Of a DNA stretch of 64,000 nt, positions 53,339-61,981 are shown piece after piece. The translations under genes and the position numbers were made by a program. Origin of the DNA: an uncultured bacterium (GTDB lineage: Bacteria > Armatimonadota > Hebobacteria > Hebobacterales > Hebobacteraceae). Under the pieces are notes generated by a model. The model saw nothing but the letters and a program-made list of their open reading frames with translations. It did no database searches and was not told where the DNA came from. Location: contig CAZLHI010000001.1 in assembly GCA_964559435.1 (NCBI GenBank), forward strand, positions 103,168 through 167,167. The letters are read 5' to 3'. The first letter of the stretch is position 1. The number at the start of each line of letters is the position of its first letter.

Positions 53339-53869
53339 ATGGCGTCCAAAGATGAGATTAAGGGCGAGGGATTCGAGATTCTCGACCACGAGCAGGAGAA
53401 GAAGGGCGGGGGCGGCGAGTCGGCCGAGGCCGAGGGAGAAGACGTCAAGGGCGAGGGCTTCGAGATCCTCGACCATAAGGAGGGCGAGCGGCCCGAGGAC
53501 GTCGAAGGCCGCGCGGAGGCCCGGCCGGAAGGACAGGAAAAGAAGGCGGAGGCACCGACAGGCGAAGGGGCCGCCCGCGTCGAGGGAGAGCAAGCTGCCC
53601 CCATCGACGTCTACTCCGTCCTGAAGCTGTCAGTTGCACAGCTCGCAGGCGTCGCGTGGCAGATGATGGGGCTCCAGCCCGATCCCTTCACCAATCAAAC
53701 CCGTAAGGACGTGGCCCAGGCTCGCCTGGCCATCGATGCGGCGGCCGCGCTCATAGAACAGCTCAAGCCACACGTTCATGGGCAGGAAGCTCGGGACTAC
53801 GAGAATCTGCTGGCAGACCTCCGCCTCAACTTCGTGACACACTCGGGCGAAGAGCAGAAGCAGGAATAG
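53339..53869 (+). CDS. DUF1844-like protein with a duplicated KGEGFEILDH motif
   Basis: ATG at 53339 is 10 nt after AGGAGG. The acidic N-terminus carries two copies of KGEGFEILDH. The C-terminal block VYSVLKLSVAQLAGVAWQMMGL...P is typical of DUF1844. Confidence 0.7.
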   Translation: MASKDEIKGEGFEILDHEQEKKGGGGESAEAEGEDVKGEGFEILDHKEGERPEDVEGRAEARPEGQEKKAEAPTGEGAARVEGEQAAPIDVYSVLKLSVAQLAGVAWQMMGLQPDPFTNQTRKDVAQARLAIDAAAALIEQLKPHVHGQEARDYENLLADLRLNFVTHSGEEQKQE

Positions 53870-53885
53870 GCGCGCCACCTTCGCC

Positions 53886-54064
53886 GAGAGTGCCGCGGCA
53901 TTCGCCCACTGCAGGTAGAGGCGTACCACGCCGGAGTGTGTGTGCCGCGGCACAAGAGGCCCGCGCTTTGTCGCACGGGGGCTCGTCCCCTGTCAGCCGT
54001 CGTGGTAGTCGTGAGCGCCGCCGCGCCCGGCGACCCGTCCTTTCGGGCCCTCCGCGCCCGAAAG
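53886..54064 (+). other. Highly structured GC-rich region upstream of modA (terminator of the DUF1844 gene, or a riboswitch-like leader)
   Basis: An 11-nt inverted pair GTGCCGCGGCA (53890-53900) / TGCCGCGGCAC (53943-53953). A 7-bp hairpin at about 53973-53993. A perfect 9-bp hairpin CTTTCGGGC-CCTCCGC-GCCCGAAAG (54040-54064) whose loop is complementary to the modA SD AAGGAGG (54134-54140). Confidence 0.3.
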
Positions 54065-54146
54065 TCTTCGCAAGCCGTTCGCACGACCTTCACACCTTCG
54101 CTATACATTTGCCTTGCAGGTGGGAACTTGGGCAAGGAGGCTGGTC

Positions 54147-54944
54147 ATGCGTGCTGTGGTGTGGCTTGCAATTCCTGTGCTGGCCCTCGCCGCGGTCTTC
54201 GCCGCGAGCCCAGCGGAGGCTGCCGATACGCTGACGGTTTTCGCGGCGGCCTCGCTAACGGAGTTCCTTCAGGAAGCGCAGCCTCTGTTCGAAAAGGAAA
54301 ACCCGGGCACCGAGGTCCGCCTAAACCTCGCCGCGAGCTCGCGTCTGCGGATTCAGATTGAGTACGGGGGTCCGGCGGACGTGTTTCTGTCAGCCAATAC
54401 CAGGCACATGGATCCCCTCGTCAAGGCGAAGCTGGCCGGGAAGCCGAGCATATTCGCTCATAACCGGCTCGTCATCGCGGTGCCAAAGAGAAATCCCGCG
54501 CGCATCAAAATGCCCTGCGACCTTGCCAAGCCAAACATTAAGCTGGTGATCGCAGCCGCCGAGACGCCGATTGGCACCTACACACGGGAGGCAATCGAGA
54601 AGATGGAGGCGAGCGGCGATTACGGCGACGATTTCAAGGCGCGCGTCATGGCGAACGTTCGCTCCCACGAACCCACCGTGAAGGCTGTCGTCGCGAGGGT
54701 GAACCTGGGGGAGGCAGATGCGGGAATCTGCTACAGTTCGGATATCACCCCGGCTATCCGGGAGAACGTTCTGACCATCGACATACCTGATGCAGTCAAC
54801 ATAATCGCCGACTACCCGATTGCCATAATCGCCAGAACGCGACACCGGACGCTCGCCAGCAAGTTTGTCGGTTTCGTGCTCTCGCCGGAAGGCCAGCGCC
54901 TCCTCGTCAAGCACGGTTTCCTGAATGCCAGGCCCACGGAGTAG
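54147..54944 (+). CDS. modA: Molybdate ABC transporter substrate-binding protein ModA
   Basis: ATG at 54147 is 7 nt after AAGGAGG. Signal peptide, then TLTVFAAASLTEF (canonical oxyanion motif). Confidence 0.9.
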   Translation: MRAVVWLAIPVLALAAVFAASPAEAADTLTVFAAASLTEFLQEAQPLFEKENPGTEVRLNLAASSRLRIQIEYGGPADVFLSANTRHMDPLVKAKLAGKPSIFAHNRLVIAVPKRNPARIKMPCDLAKPNIKLVIAAAETPIGTYTREAIEKMEASGDYGDDFKARVMANVRSHEPTVKAVVARVNLGEADAGICYSSDITPAIRENVLTIDIPDAVNIIADYPIAIIARTRHRTLASKFVGFVLSPEGQRLLVKHGFLNARPTE

Positions 54945-54980
54945 CACTTCTGCGAGCTCATCGCTGAGAGGCTGGAGCGT

Positions 54981-55820
54981 ATGAGACCAAAACGAAATGC
55001 CGTTCTGGTGATCTTCTCGATGCCGGCGCTCGCGCTGATCGTGCTGCCGATCGTCGGCCTGTTCTTCCGCGCTCAGTTGGGGCGAGTGGGGTCGTACGTG
55101 TGCTGCCGCCCCGTGGCTGAGGCGCTTGCCCTGAGCCTCACGACGTCCGGTCTGACCGCCATCCTGATTCTGCTAATCGGCACCCCGCTGGCCTACTGGC
55201 TCGCCTTTGCGGAGTTCAGAGGCAAACGCATCATCGACAGCTTGGTGGACTTGCCGGTCGTACTCCCACCAGTCGTCGCTGGCATGGCACTGCTCATGAC
55301 GTTCGGCGCGTTCGGGCTCCTTGGGAGGTACCTTAACCTGGCCGGCATCGCCATACCGTTCACAACGGCCGCGGTCGTTTTGGCCCAAACCTTTGTCGCC
55401 GGGCCCTTCTACGTTCGTCAGGCGCGGGTCGGTTTCGAGAGCATACCGCGGCAGCTTATCATGGCATCGATGACAATGGGGGCATCCCCCTTGCGCACCT
55501 TCTTCCGGGTCACTGCTCCTCTTGCATCCCATGCCATACTTGCGGGGCTGGTCATGGCCTGGGCAAGGGCGGTCGGGGAGTTCGGCGCGACGCTGATGTT
55601 CGCCGGCAACATGCCGGGCATAACGCAGACGATGCCGCTCGCCATCTACTCGAGCTTCGAGTCAGATCTGAACGCCGCCATCGTCCTCTCGGTCACACTC
55701 GTGGCGATCTCGTTCCTCGTTATCACCGTGACGAAGTTCCTGCTCGACCCGGGCAGGGCAGGAGAGCGACCCGCACTCATGGCGGCACTCTCTCGGAGCA
55801 GCGAAGGCGTCGCGCGCTAG
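54981..55820 (+). CDS. modB: Molybdate ABC transporter permease ModB
   Basis: Binding-protein-dependent transport permease fold. Immediately downstream of modA. Confidence 0.88.
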   Translation: MRPKRNAVLVIFSMPALALIVLPIVGLFFRAQLGRVGSYVCCRPVAEALALSLTTSGLTAILILLIGTPLAYWLAFAEFRGKRIIDSLVDLPVVLPPVVAGMALLMTFGAFGLLGRYLNLAGIAIPFTTAAVVLAQTFVAGPFYVRQARVGFESIPRQLIMASMTMGASPLRTFFRVTAPLASHAILAGLVMAWARAVGEFGATLMFAGNMPGITQTMPLAIYSSFESDLNAAIVLSVTLVAISFLVITVTKFLLDPGRAGERPALMAALSRSSEGVAR

Positions 55821-57055
55821 ACCTTCGGCAGACGTCCCAGGTTGCGTCGCATCCCGCGCAGCAAGCGCGCACCCATAGGCCTCCGCTCTGTGAACACCTC
55901 CGTGAACCACGACACAGGCGTCGCGTCGAAGGCGACGTTCGCCACCCTCACTCCGCGCACTCGCGCCAGCTTCGCCGGCTCCTGTGGGGTCAATGACAGC
56001 GGCCAGCCCGGCGGGCAGACCTTGTGCGTCTGAATCACCGCGTAGCACGGGATTCCCGACTCCCGTGCGGCGAGCGCCGCCAGCCTGGTCCCCGCTTTGT
56101 TGATGAGTTGGTCGTCGGCGGTAATGGCATCGGCCCCGACGAGTATCGCATCGCACCTCGGAACGAACAGCCCAACCTGCGCGTCGCTGATCAAAGTCAC
56201 GCGCAGCCCGGCTGAACCCAGCTCGCGAGCCATCGACACACCTTCCTGTTCCGGCCGGGATTCAGTCACGACCACCTCTCGGCCTGGCCGCCACCAATGA
56301 AGCAGCGTCTCCCGGCAGGCACTGCTCGCGCTATGGGTCAACACGCGCCCGGACGTCCCCAGCGCAGCCGCCGCATGCTCGGCCGATCTTGTCCTGGCCG
56401 CCCTCACCTCGTCTGCGAGACGCCGCGCCGAGGTGCGTGAGTTGAGCAGCCGAGCGGCCAGGTGCGGGAAGATGCCCATGGATGGCTGGAGTGAGGCAAA
56501 CGCGAGCAGAGCCCGCCTGCGGTTTCTCCCCCGGACAGAGTCAACCGTCGGCAGGCCCCCCAGTGCCAGATCCGTCGCTCCTCGCTTGGTGTCAGTCGCG
56601 ATGTCCGCAAGGATGCTCCAGAACCGGGCCGTTCCCCAGGGCGGCCAGACCCGGGACAAACCCGAAGCCAAGCCGGGAACTGTCTTGCGATGGGCCACCT
56701 CTTCGGGCGGCACCCACTCCCAAGTCGCGGCCTCCCAGTCGGTCCGCACCTGGGCACCCGCCCTGAGGCGGAACAGAAATGTGTACACCAGCCATCGCGT
56801 GAGGGCCGCGCGGTCTGTCACCAGCATTGGCGCACCGATGCCGCGCAGGGCGACCTGGTCGGCGCCGACGCCGACCTCCTGCTCGATCTCAATCAGGGCC
56901 TGCTCCAAAGGGGGGCGCTCGAGGTACCCGCTGACACCCGCCCAGCGCCCGGGGTAGGTACCCACGCGCTCGCTGCGCCTGAGCAGCAATACCCTCCCGC
57001 GTCGATACAAGAACGCGGTCACCACGGCTGTCGCATCGAGCGAACTCGTCTGCAT
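55817..57055 (-). CDS. Fusion protein: N-terminal NUDIX-fold domain plus C-terminal eIF-2B alpha/beta/delta-like (sugar-phosphate isomerase family) domain
   Basis: ATG at 57055. The NUDIX-like segment is VVTAFLYRRGRVLLLRRSERVGTYPGRWAGVSGYLERPPLEQALIEIEQEVGV. The IF-2B family core is VLTHSASSACRETLL...VVVTESRPEQEGVSMARELGSAGLRVTLISDAQVGLFVPRCDAILVGADAI...LINKAGT..LALAARESGIPCYAV. Confidence 0.8.
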   Translation of the reverse strand: MQTSSLDATAVVTAFLYRRGRVLLLRRSERVGTYPGRWAGVSGYLERPPLEQALIEIEQEVGVGADQVALRGIGAPMLVTDRAALTRWLVYTFLFRLRAGAQVRTDWEAATWEWVPPEEVAHRKTVPGLASGLSRVWPPWGTARFWSILADIATDTKRGATDLALGGLPTVDSVRGRNRRRALLAFASLQPSMGIFPHLAARLLNSRTSARRLADEVRAARTRSAEHAAAALGTSGRVLTHSASSACRETLLHWWRPGREVVVTESRPEQEGVSMARELGSAGLRVTLISDAQVGLFVPRCDAILVGADAITADDQLINKAGTRLAALAARESGIPCYAVIQTHKVCPPGWPLSLTPQEPAKLARVRGVRVANVAFDATPVSWFTEVFTERRPMGARLLRGMRRNLGRLPKV

Positions 57056-57179
57056 GGCCGTGGCTATGTTAGCGGCGGCGCGCCAGGACCGCAAGCCGTC
57101 GTCGCCGAACTTCCCCTCGCTGCGCCGACTCAAGCAAAGTGCACGTTCCACGCCGCTATTCGTGGGAGGAGGGCTATTC

Positions 57180-58211
57180 ATGTCCGGCAGCAAGGCGAAA
57201 CTGGCTACCACGCAGTGGAGCTACCGGGAGACGCCTCCGGAGGCGAATCCCTACGGCGACGTCTTCTCGCTCGACGCCGCGAGGCAGTGGTCCCGCGCAC
57301 AGATCAGCGGCGCCCTGGAGCTGGTGGGTCGGGCCGGGGAGGCGCAGGCAGATCTGGTTGTGATGGGCGAAGATATCGCAAGCCTGGGGTACGCCCTCAC
57401 CTACCTCGACGAGCCGTCGATCTTCCGAACACTTGCAGCGGAGACCGCCGCGCTCGCGCTCCAGGCCGTGGGCGAAGCGGCGCGGCGCTACGGCACGCAC
57501 GTCGTCGCCTGCTTCTTCCAGCCGGCCGGCGATCAGATACACAACACGGCCGCGCTCTTTGGGCGAGATGGCGGCGTCATCGGCCGCTATCACAAGGTCC
57601 ACCTGCCGGTCTACGAGACGTGGCTGGTCGCGCCGGGGGATTCGTTCCCGGCCTTCGAGACGGACATCGGCGTTGTGGGGATGCTGATCTGCTACGACGA
57701 CATGTGGTGTGAGTCGAGCGCCGCATGCGCCTTGAACGGCGCCCGCATCATCTGCCATCCCAGCGCCTACAGCCCGCCGGACTACCGGGTGCGCGCTAGA
57801 TCAAGGGACGCGCAGGTCTTCTATCTCACCTCCACGCGAACCGGATCTCGAATCTGTTCGCCGGAGGCCACCATCCTGGCCGACTGCGGCGACGATGGAG
57901 ACGGCTTCGTCACCGCAGAGGTCGATGTGGCAGCCGCTTCTCTTGCGCCTGAGAATTTCTGGGAGTATCTGTACTCCGGCATTCGCGACCACAGAGAGCG
58001 CCACCTCAAGCTGCGCCGGCCGGAGGCTTACGGTCGTCTTCTCGATCCCAATCCGCCAGCTCTCAGCGCCTATCCGCGCGGCGGCGTACGCAACACACCC
58101 GAGGCGATCCGTGAGGTGTACGCAAAGCAGAAGGATGACTACAGACGCGGCCTTCGCGGCGAGAAGCAGACCTACACTTGGAACTGGTCTCCCGCCCCGG
58201 GTGAGGACTGA
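57180..58211 (+). CDS. Carbon-nitrogen hydrolase family protein
   Basis: ATG at 57180 follows GGAGGAGG. The E-K-C triad context is present (VVMGED, RYHKVHLP, MLICYDD). Confidence 0.8.
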   Translation: MSGSKAKLATTQWSYRETPPEANPYGDVFSLDAARQWSRAQISGALELVGRAGEAQADLVVMGEDIASLGYALTYLDEPSIFRTLAAETAALALQAVGEAARRYGTHVVACFFQPAGDQIHNTAALFGRDGGVIGRYHKVHLPVYETWLVAPGDSFPAFETDIGVVGMLICYDDMWCESSAACALNGARIICHPSAYSPPDYRVRARSRDAQVFYLTSTRTGSRICSPEATILADCGDDGDGFVTAEVDVAAASLAPENFWEYLYSGIRDHRERHLKLRRPEAYGRLLDPNPPALSAYPRGGVRNTPEAIREVYAKQKDDYRRGLRGEKQTYTWNWSPAPGED

Positions 58212-58319
58212 GCCAGTGAGCGTGCGTCCGGGCAGAAGGCGGGCAGCGCCGGCGGCGATCCCGGCCCCCGGCCGAGTGTTCGCAGGAACGCGTTCCATGC
58301 CCGTAGAAAGGCGTAGGCC

Positions 58320-59213
58320 GTGAGCGAAGACGAGCCGGAATTCACCGAGATAGCAGTCCTCACTCACCCGGAAGCCGCCGAGGGCATTGCCGACGCCCTC
58401 TTCAGCATCGGCGCCTCGGGAGTGACCGAGGAGCGCCGACCGTTGCATGTAACGGTCATCGCCTACTTGCCCAGGGATGACGCGCTGGAAGAGAGCGTGC
58501 GCAAGGTGCGACAGCGGCTGACCGCACTGGAGAGGCAGGGACTGCGCATCGGCCCGGGCACGATCGGGCTTCGCACGCTCGAGGAAACAGCCTGGAGCGA
58601 GGCCTGGAAAGATCAGTGCCAGCTACTGAAGGTCACGCCCGGCCTCGTCGTCGCCCCGAGCTGGGAGAACTATGAGGCCCAAGAAGGCGAGTTCGTGGTC
58701 GTGCTGGAGCCAGGCGCGGCCTTCGGTACCGGCGGACACCCGACAACTCGCTTATGCCTGCGAGGCCTCGTCCGGCACATGCGGCCGGGCGACCGCGTGG
58801 CCGACGTGGGGTGCGGCAGCGGAATCCTTGCGATTGCGGCGGCCGCGCTCGGAGCGCGTGAAGTCGTGGCCACGGACAACGACGGCACGGCACTCAGCGT
58901 TGCTCAGGCGAACGCGCGAAGGAATGCGACTGCCGATCGGATCCGTCTCGCGGATGCGGATCTGCTGGCCGGCACCGCCGGACCATTTGACCTGATCGTG
59001 TGCAACATCGTTGCCGAAGAAGTCATCCGGCTCGCCGAGAGCTTGCCGGCCCTTCTCGGCCGAGGCGGCCGGTGCGTCACCTCGGGGTTCGTCACGGCGA
59101 GCGTCCCGAGAGTGGAAGACGCTCTCAACAGAAGCGGTCTTCAGACGCTGGAGACGCCGAGCGAGGAGGGGTGGGCGGCGTGCATCGCGATGCGGCCGGA
59201 GCGGGGCCACTGA
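58320..59213 (+). CDS. prmA: Ribosomal protein L11 methyltransferase
   Basis: PrmA N-terminal domain plus the SAM motif VADVGCGSGILAIAAA. Confidence 0.88.
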   Translation: MSEDEPEFTEIAVLTHPEAAEGIADALFSIGASGVTEERRPLHVTVIAYLPRDDALEESVRKVRQRLTALERQGLRIGPGTIGLRTLEETAWSEAWKDQCQLLKVTPGLVVAPSWENYEAQEGEFVVVLEPGAAFGTGGHPTTRLCLRGLVRHMRPGDRVADVGCGSGILAIAAAALGAREVVATDNDGTALSVAQANARRNATADRIRLADADLLAGTAGPFDLIVCNIVAEEVIRLAESLPALLGRGGRCVTSGFVTASVPRVEDALNRSGLQTLETPSEEGWAACIAMRPERGH

Positions 59214-59298
59214 GTTCGGCGCCCGCGGCCGGAGCGGGACGAGCGGCCCATCCGACGAACTGTCCACAGGGCACGCTGGCGAGGCCGGGGGTGCTCGC

Positions 59299-59715
59299 TT
59301 GATTCCATCGCTTGGCATTGACATCGTTGAGATCGACCGAATCAGACAGGCGCTGCGGCGCCGTCCGCGGCTGGCGGCGCGGCTGTTCACCGATCACGAG
59401 CGCGTGTACTGCGACCGGCGGGCAGATCCGGCGCCTCACTACGCGGCCAGATTTGCCGCCAAGGAAGCCGCGGCGAAGGCGCTGGGGCGGTGGCTGCGCT
59501 GGCGCGAGGTGGAGGTGGTCACCGATCCCTCCGGCAGACCGACCATCTGCCTGTACGGCGAAGCGGCCGCCCTTGCTCACACAGGCGAAGGCGGGCAGAT
59601 GCTGGTGTCGCTGTCCCACGACCGAGAGTACGCTGTGGCTTGTGTGCTGCTAGTGACGCCACAGGAAATCGCCTCCCCGGACGAGAACCTACCGCCAGGG
59701 GGTGCACGGGCGTGA
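59299..59715 (+). CDS. acpS: Holo-[acyl-carrier-protein] synthase
   Basis: TTG at 59299 gives LIPSLGIDIVEIDRIRQAL. FAAKEAAAKALG motif. The upstream part of the ORF-track entry is non-homologous. Confidence 0.85.
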   Translation: MIPSLGIDIVEIDRIRQALRRRPRLAARLFTDHERVYCDRRADPAPHYAARFAAKEAAAKALGRWLRWREVEVVTDPSGRPTICLYGEAAALAHTGEGGQMLVSLSHDREYAVACVLLVTPQEIASPDENLPPGGARA

Positions 59716-61289
59716 AGATCGTCACAGCTCAGCAGATGCGCGAGCTGGACAGAAGGGCGATTGAGGAGCGAGGGATACCGAGCCTAACCCTCATGGAGAA
59801 CGCCGGCCGTGCCGTGGCCCATATCGCGCTGCGGCTCACGGAGGCTCGCAAGGATCGCCCGATCACGGTTGTTTGTGGCAGCGGCAACAACGGTGGCGAC
59901 GGCTTTGTGGCCGCCCGCTATTTGGCGGAAGCAGGGCGCCGCGCGCAGGTCTTGCTGGGGGCCCCGAAGGGCGAGATCACCGCAGACGCGAGAGAGAACC
60001 TTCGGCGCCTGGAGATCGCGGGGCTGGGAGTCACGGAGATCCCGGATCCTCAACCCATCGTGAATGCATGTGCGACCTCGGCGCTCGTTATCGATGCGCT
60101 GCTGGGCACCGGGCTGGCCGGGAAAGTGCGGGGTCTGCCCGGTCAGCTGATCGATGCCATTAACGAATGCGCGCCTCGGGTGCTGGCAGTGGATATTCCC
60201 TCAGGCCTTGACGCGGACTCGGGCGAGCCCCTGGGCATGGCTGTCCGTGCAGTCGAGACCGTCAGCATGGGGCTGCCCAAGCTTGGGCTCTTCCTATACC
60301 CTGGTATGGACTACGCGGGCCGGGTCACTGTGGCCGATATCGGCTTCCCGGCGGACCTGCTCAACGAGGCGCCTTCGGTGGCGGACCTCATTGACCCGGA
60401 GTGGGTGCGCATGCTTCTGCCGCGCCGTAGGCCCAGCGACCACAAGGGGAAGTTCGGACGCGTCCTCGCCATCGCAGGATCGGCCGGCTTGACGGGCGCC
60501 GCATGTCTCTGCGCACAGGGGGCGCTTCGCGTGGGCGCGGGCCTGGTGACCGTAGGCTGCCCGGCCAGCGTCAACGACATCCTGGAGGTCAAGCTGACCG
60601 AGGCGATGACGTTTCCTCTGCCGGAGACGTATGGCCGGACCCTCGATACGCGTGCGCTGGCCCTTATTCTCGAACTCGCCGAGGAGGCCGACGTATTGGC
60701 CATCGGGCCGGGGCTCTCCCGGGAACCCGAAACCGCCGTGCTAGTGCGAAGACTGGTTGCACGTGTGGAAAAACCAATAGTGATAGACGCAGACGGAATC
60801 AATGCCCTGGCGGATGCGTCTGTCATCCTCCAGGGCGAGCATGCGCCGGGGGTATTGACGCCCCACCCGGGCGAGATGGCCCGATTGATGGGTGTCGCCA
60901 CCGAGAAGATACAATCACGCAGAGCGCACTTCGCCGAGGCGGCGGCGAAGCGTTTCCGGTCAACGATAGTGCTGAAAGGGGCCTGTTCGATCATCGCCAA
61001 TGAAGGAAGACCGCTCACGGTGAACGCGACCGGCAACCCCGGCATGGCCTCCGGCGGAACGGGGGACGTGCTCACCGGGATGGTGGCAGGGCTGATTGCC
61101 CAGGGACTGTTGCCGTTCGAGGCGGCGGCCGCCGCCTCGTATCTGCATGGACTCGCGGGAGACATCGCAGCGGATCGCGTTGGCGAGGTCAGCCTGGTCG
61201 CCAGCGATCTGCTCGCCGCCGTGCCCGAGGCCGTCGAGCAGATCGTCGCAGGACATCGCGGGGGACCACACTGGTCGCACGATGCGTGA
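59712..61289 (+). CDS. nnr: Bifunctional NAD(P)H-hydrate repair enzyme Nnr (epimerase / ADP-dependent dehydratase)
   Basis: GTG at 59712 overlaps the acpS stop (GTGA). GSGNNGGDGF (YjeF_N), GSAGLTGAA and GNPGMASGGTGDVLTG (carbohydrate-kinase domain). Confidence 0.9.
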   Translation: MKIVTAQQMRELDRRAIEERGIPSLTLMENAGRAVAHIALRLTEARKDRPITVVCGSGNNGGDGFVAARYLAEAGRRAQVLLGAPKGEITADARENLRRLEIAGLGVTEIPDPQPIVNACATSALVIDALLGTGLAGKVRGLPGQLIDAINECAPRVLAVDIPSGLDADSGEPLGMAVRAVETVSMGLPKLGLFLYPGMDYAGRVTVADIGFPADLLNEAPSVADLIDPEWVRMLLPRRRPSDHKGKFGRVLAIAGSAGLTGAACLCAQGALRVGAGLVTVGCPASVNDILEVKLTEAMTFPLPETYGRTLDTRALALILELAEEADVLAIGPGLSREPETAVLVRRLVARVEKPIVIDADGINALADASVILQGEHAPGVLTPHPGEMARLMGVATEKIQSRRAHFAEAAAKRFRSTIVLKGACSIIANEGRPLTVNATGNPGMASGGTGDVLTGMVAGLIAQGLLPFEAAAAASYLHGLAGDIAADRVGEVSLVASDLLAAVPEAVEQIVAGHRGGPHWSHDA

Positions 61290-61345
61290 GCCAGCGGCTT
61301 TCCTGCGAATCGCGGCAAGACGCTCTCCGCCAGGCGCAGCAGATC

Positions 61346-61981
61346 ATGCATGGTGAACCGGCATCCTCTACTGTAGCGCAGGCCTCAGTTGCAGCCGTCC
61401 TGCTGATCGGCGTCCTGGCTCTCTATCTGCTGAGGTTCGCACGCTCCTGGCGGTGGGTCGGCGTTGCACTGCTTGTGTGCGTCCTCGATCAGGCGGCCAA
61501 GGCAATGATCTCGCCAGGTCTCGAGCAGCGCCGCGTCTCGCTTCTGGGGGGGTGGCTGCGGATCACATACGCGGAGAACTGGGACCAGGGGTTCGGAAGC
61601 AACGTCCCTTATTTGCTCGCCACCACCGTGCTCTGTGTTGCCGCTCTCTATCTGCTGTACGAGCGGTTGCTGAGGGCTCGCTACCGCATGTCTCCACTGG
61701 CCGAGCTCGCAGTGGCCTTGATGGTTGGCGGCTACACGGGCATCCTCCTGGACCGGGTGCGTCTGGGGTTTGTGGTGGACTTCCTCGAGTTTGGTCAGGC
61801 CAGTGCTTTCGTCTACAACATCGCCGACCTGGCCGTCTTCCTCGCGCTGGCGATTCTCCTTGCCAGAGCACTGCAATACGGCAAGCAGGCTTGGCGGCGC
61901 AGGTACGGCCTCCGGGAAAGGGCAGTCGGGTGGCCCAGGACGTCGAGGCACTCGGACAACGAGTCGCCCACCGCTTCCTAG
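61346..61981 (+). CDS. lspA: Lipoprotein signal peptidase (signal peptidase II) with a C-terminal extension
   Basis: ATG at 61346. Four TM helices. VVDFLEF and YNIADLAV motifs. A roughly 40-aa basic C-terminal tail is not typical of LspA. Confidence 0.8.
   Translation: MHGEPASSTVAQASVAAVLLIGVLALYLLRFARSWRWVGVALLVCVLDQAAKAMISPGLEQRRVSLLGGWLRITYAENWDQGFGSNVPYLLATTVLCVAALYLLYERLLRARYRMSPLAELAVALMVGGYTGILLDRVRLGFVVDFLEFGQASAFVYNIADLAVFLALAILLARALQYGKQAWRRRYGLRERAVGWPRTSRHSDNESPTAS

Noticed and set aside
53890-53953. The repeated palindrome TGCCGCGGCA (x2, 53 nt apart), considered as a ModE-type operator.
   Set aside because: It does not resemble the AT-rich ModE box known from E. coli. GC palindromes of this kind may be common in such genomes. 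It is folded into the structured-leader finding instead.
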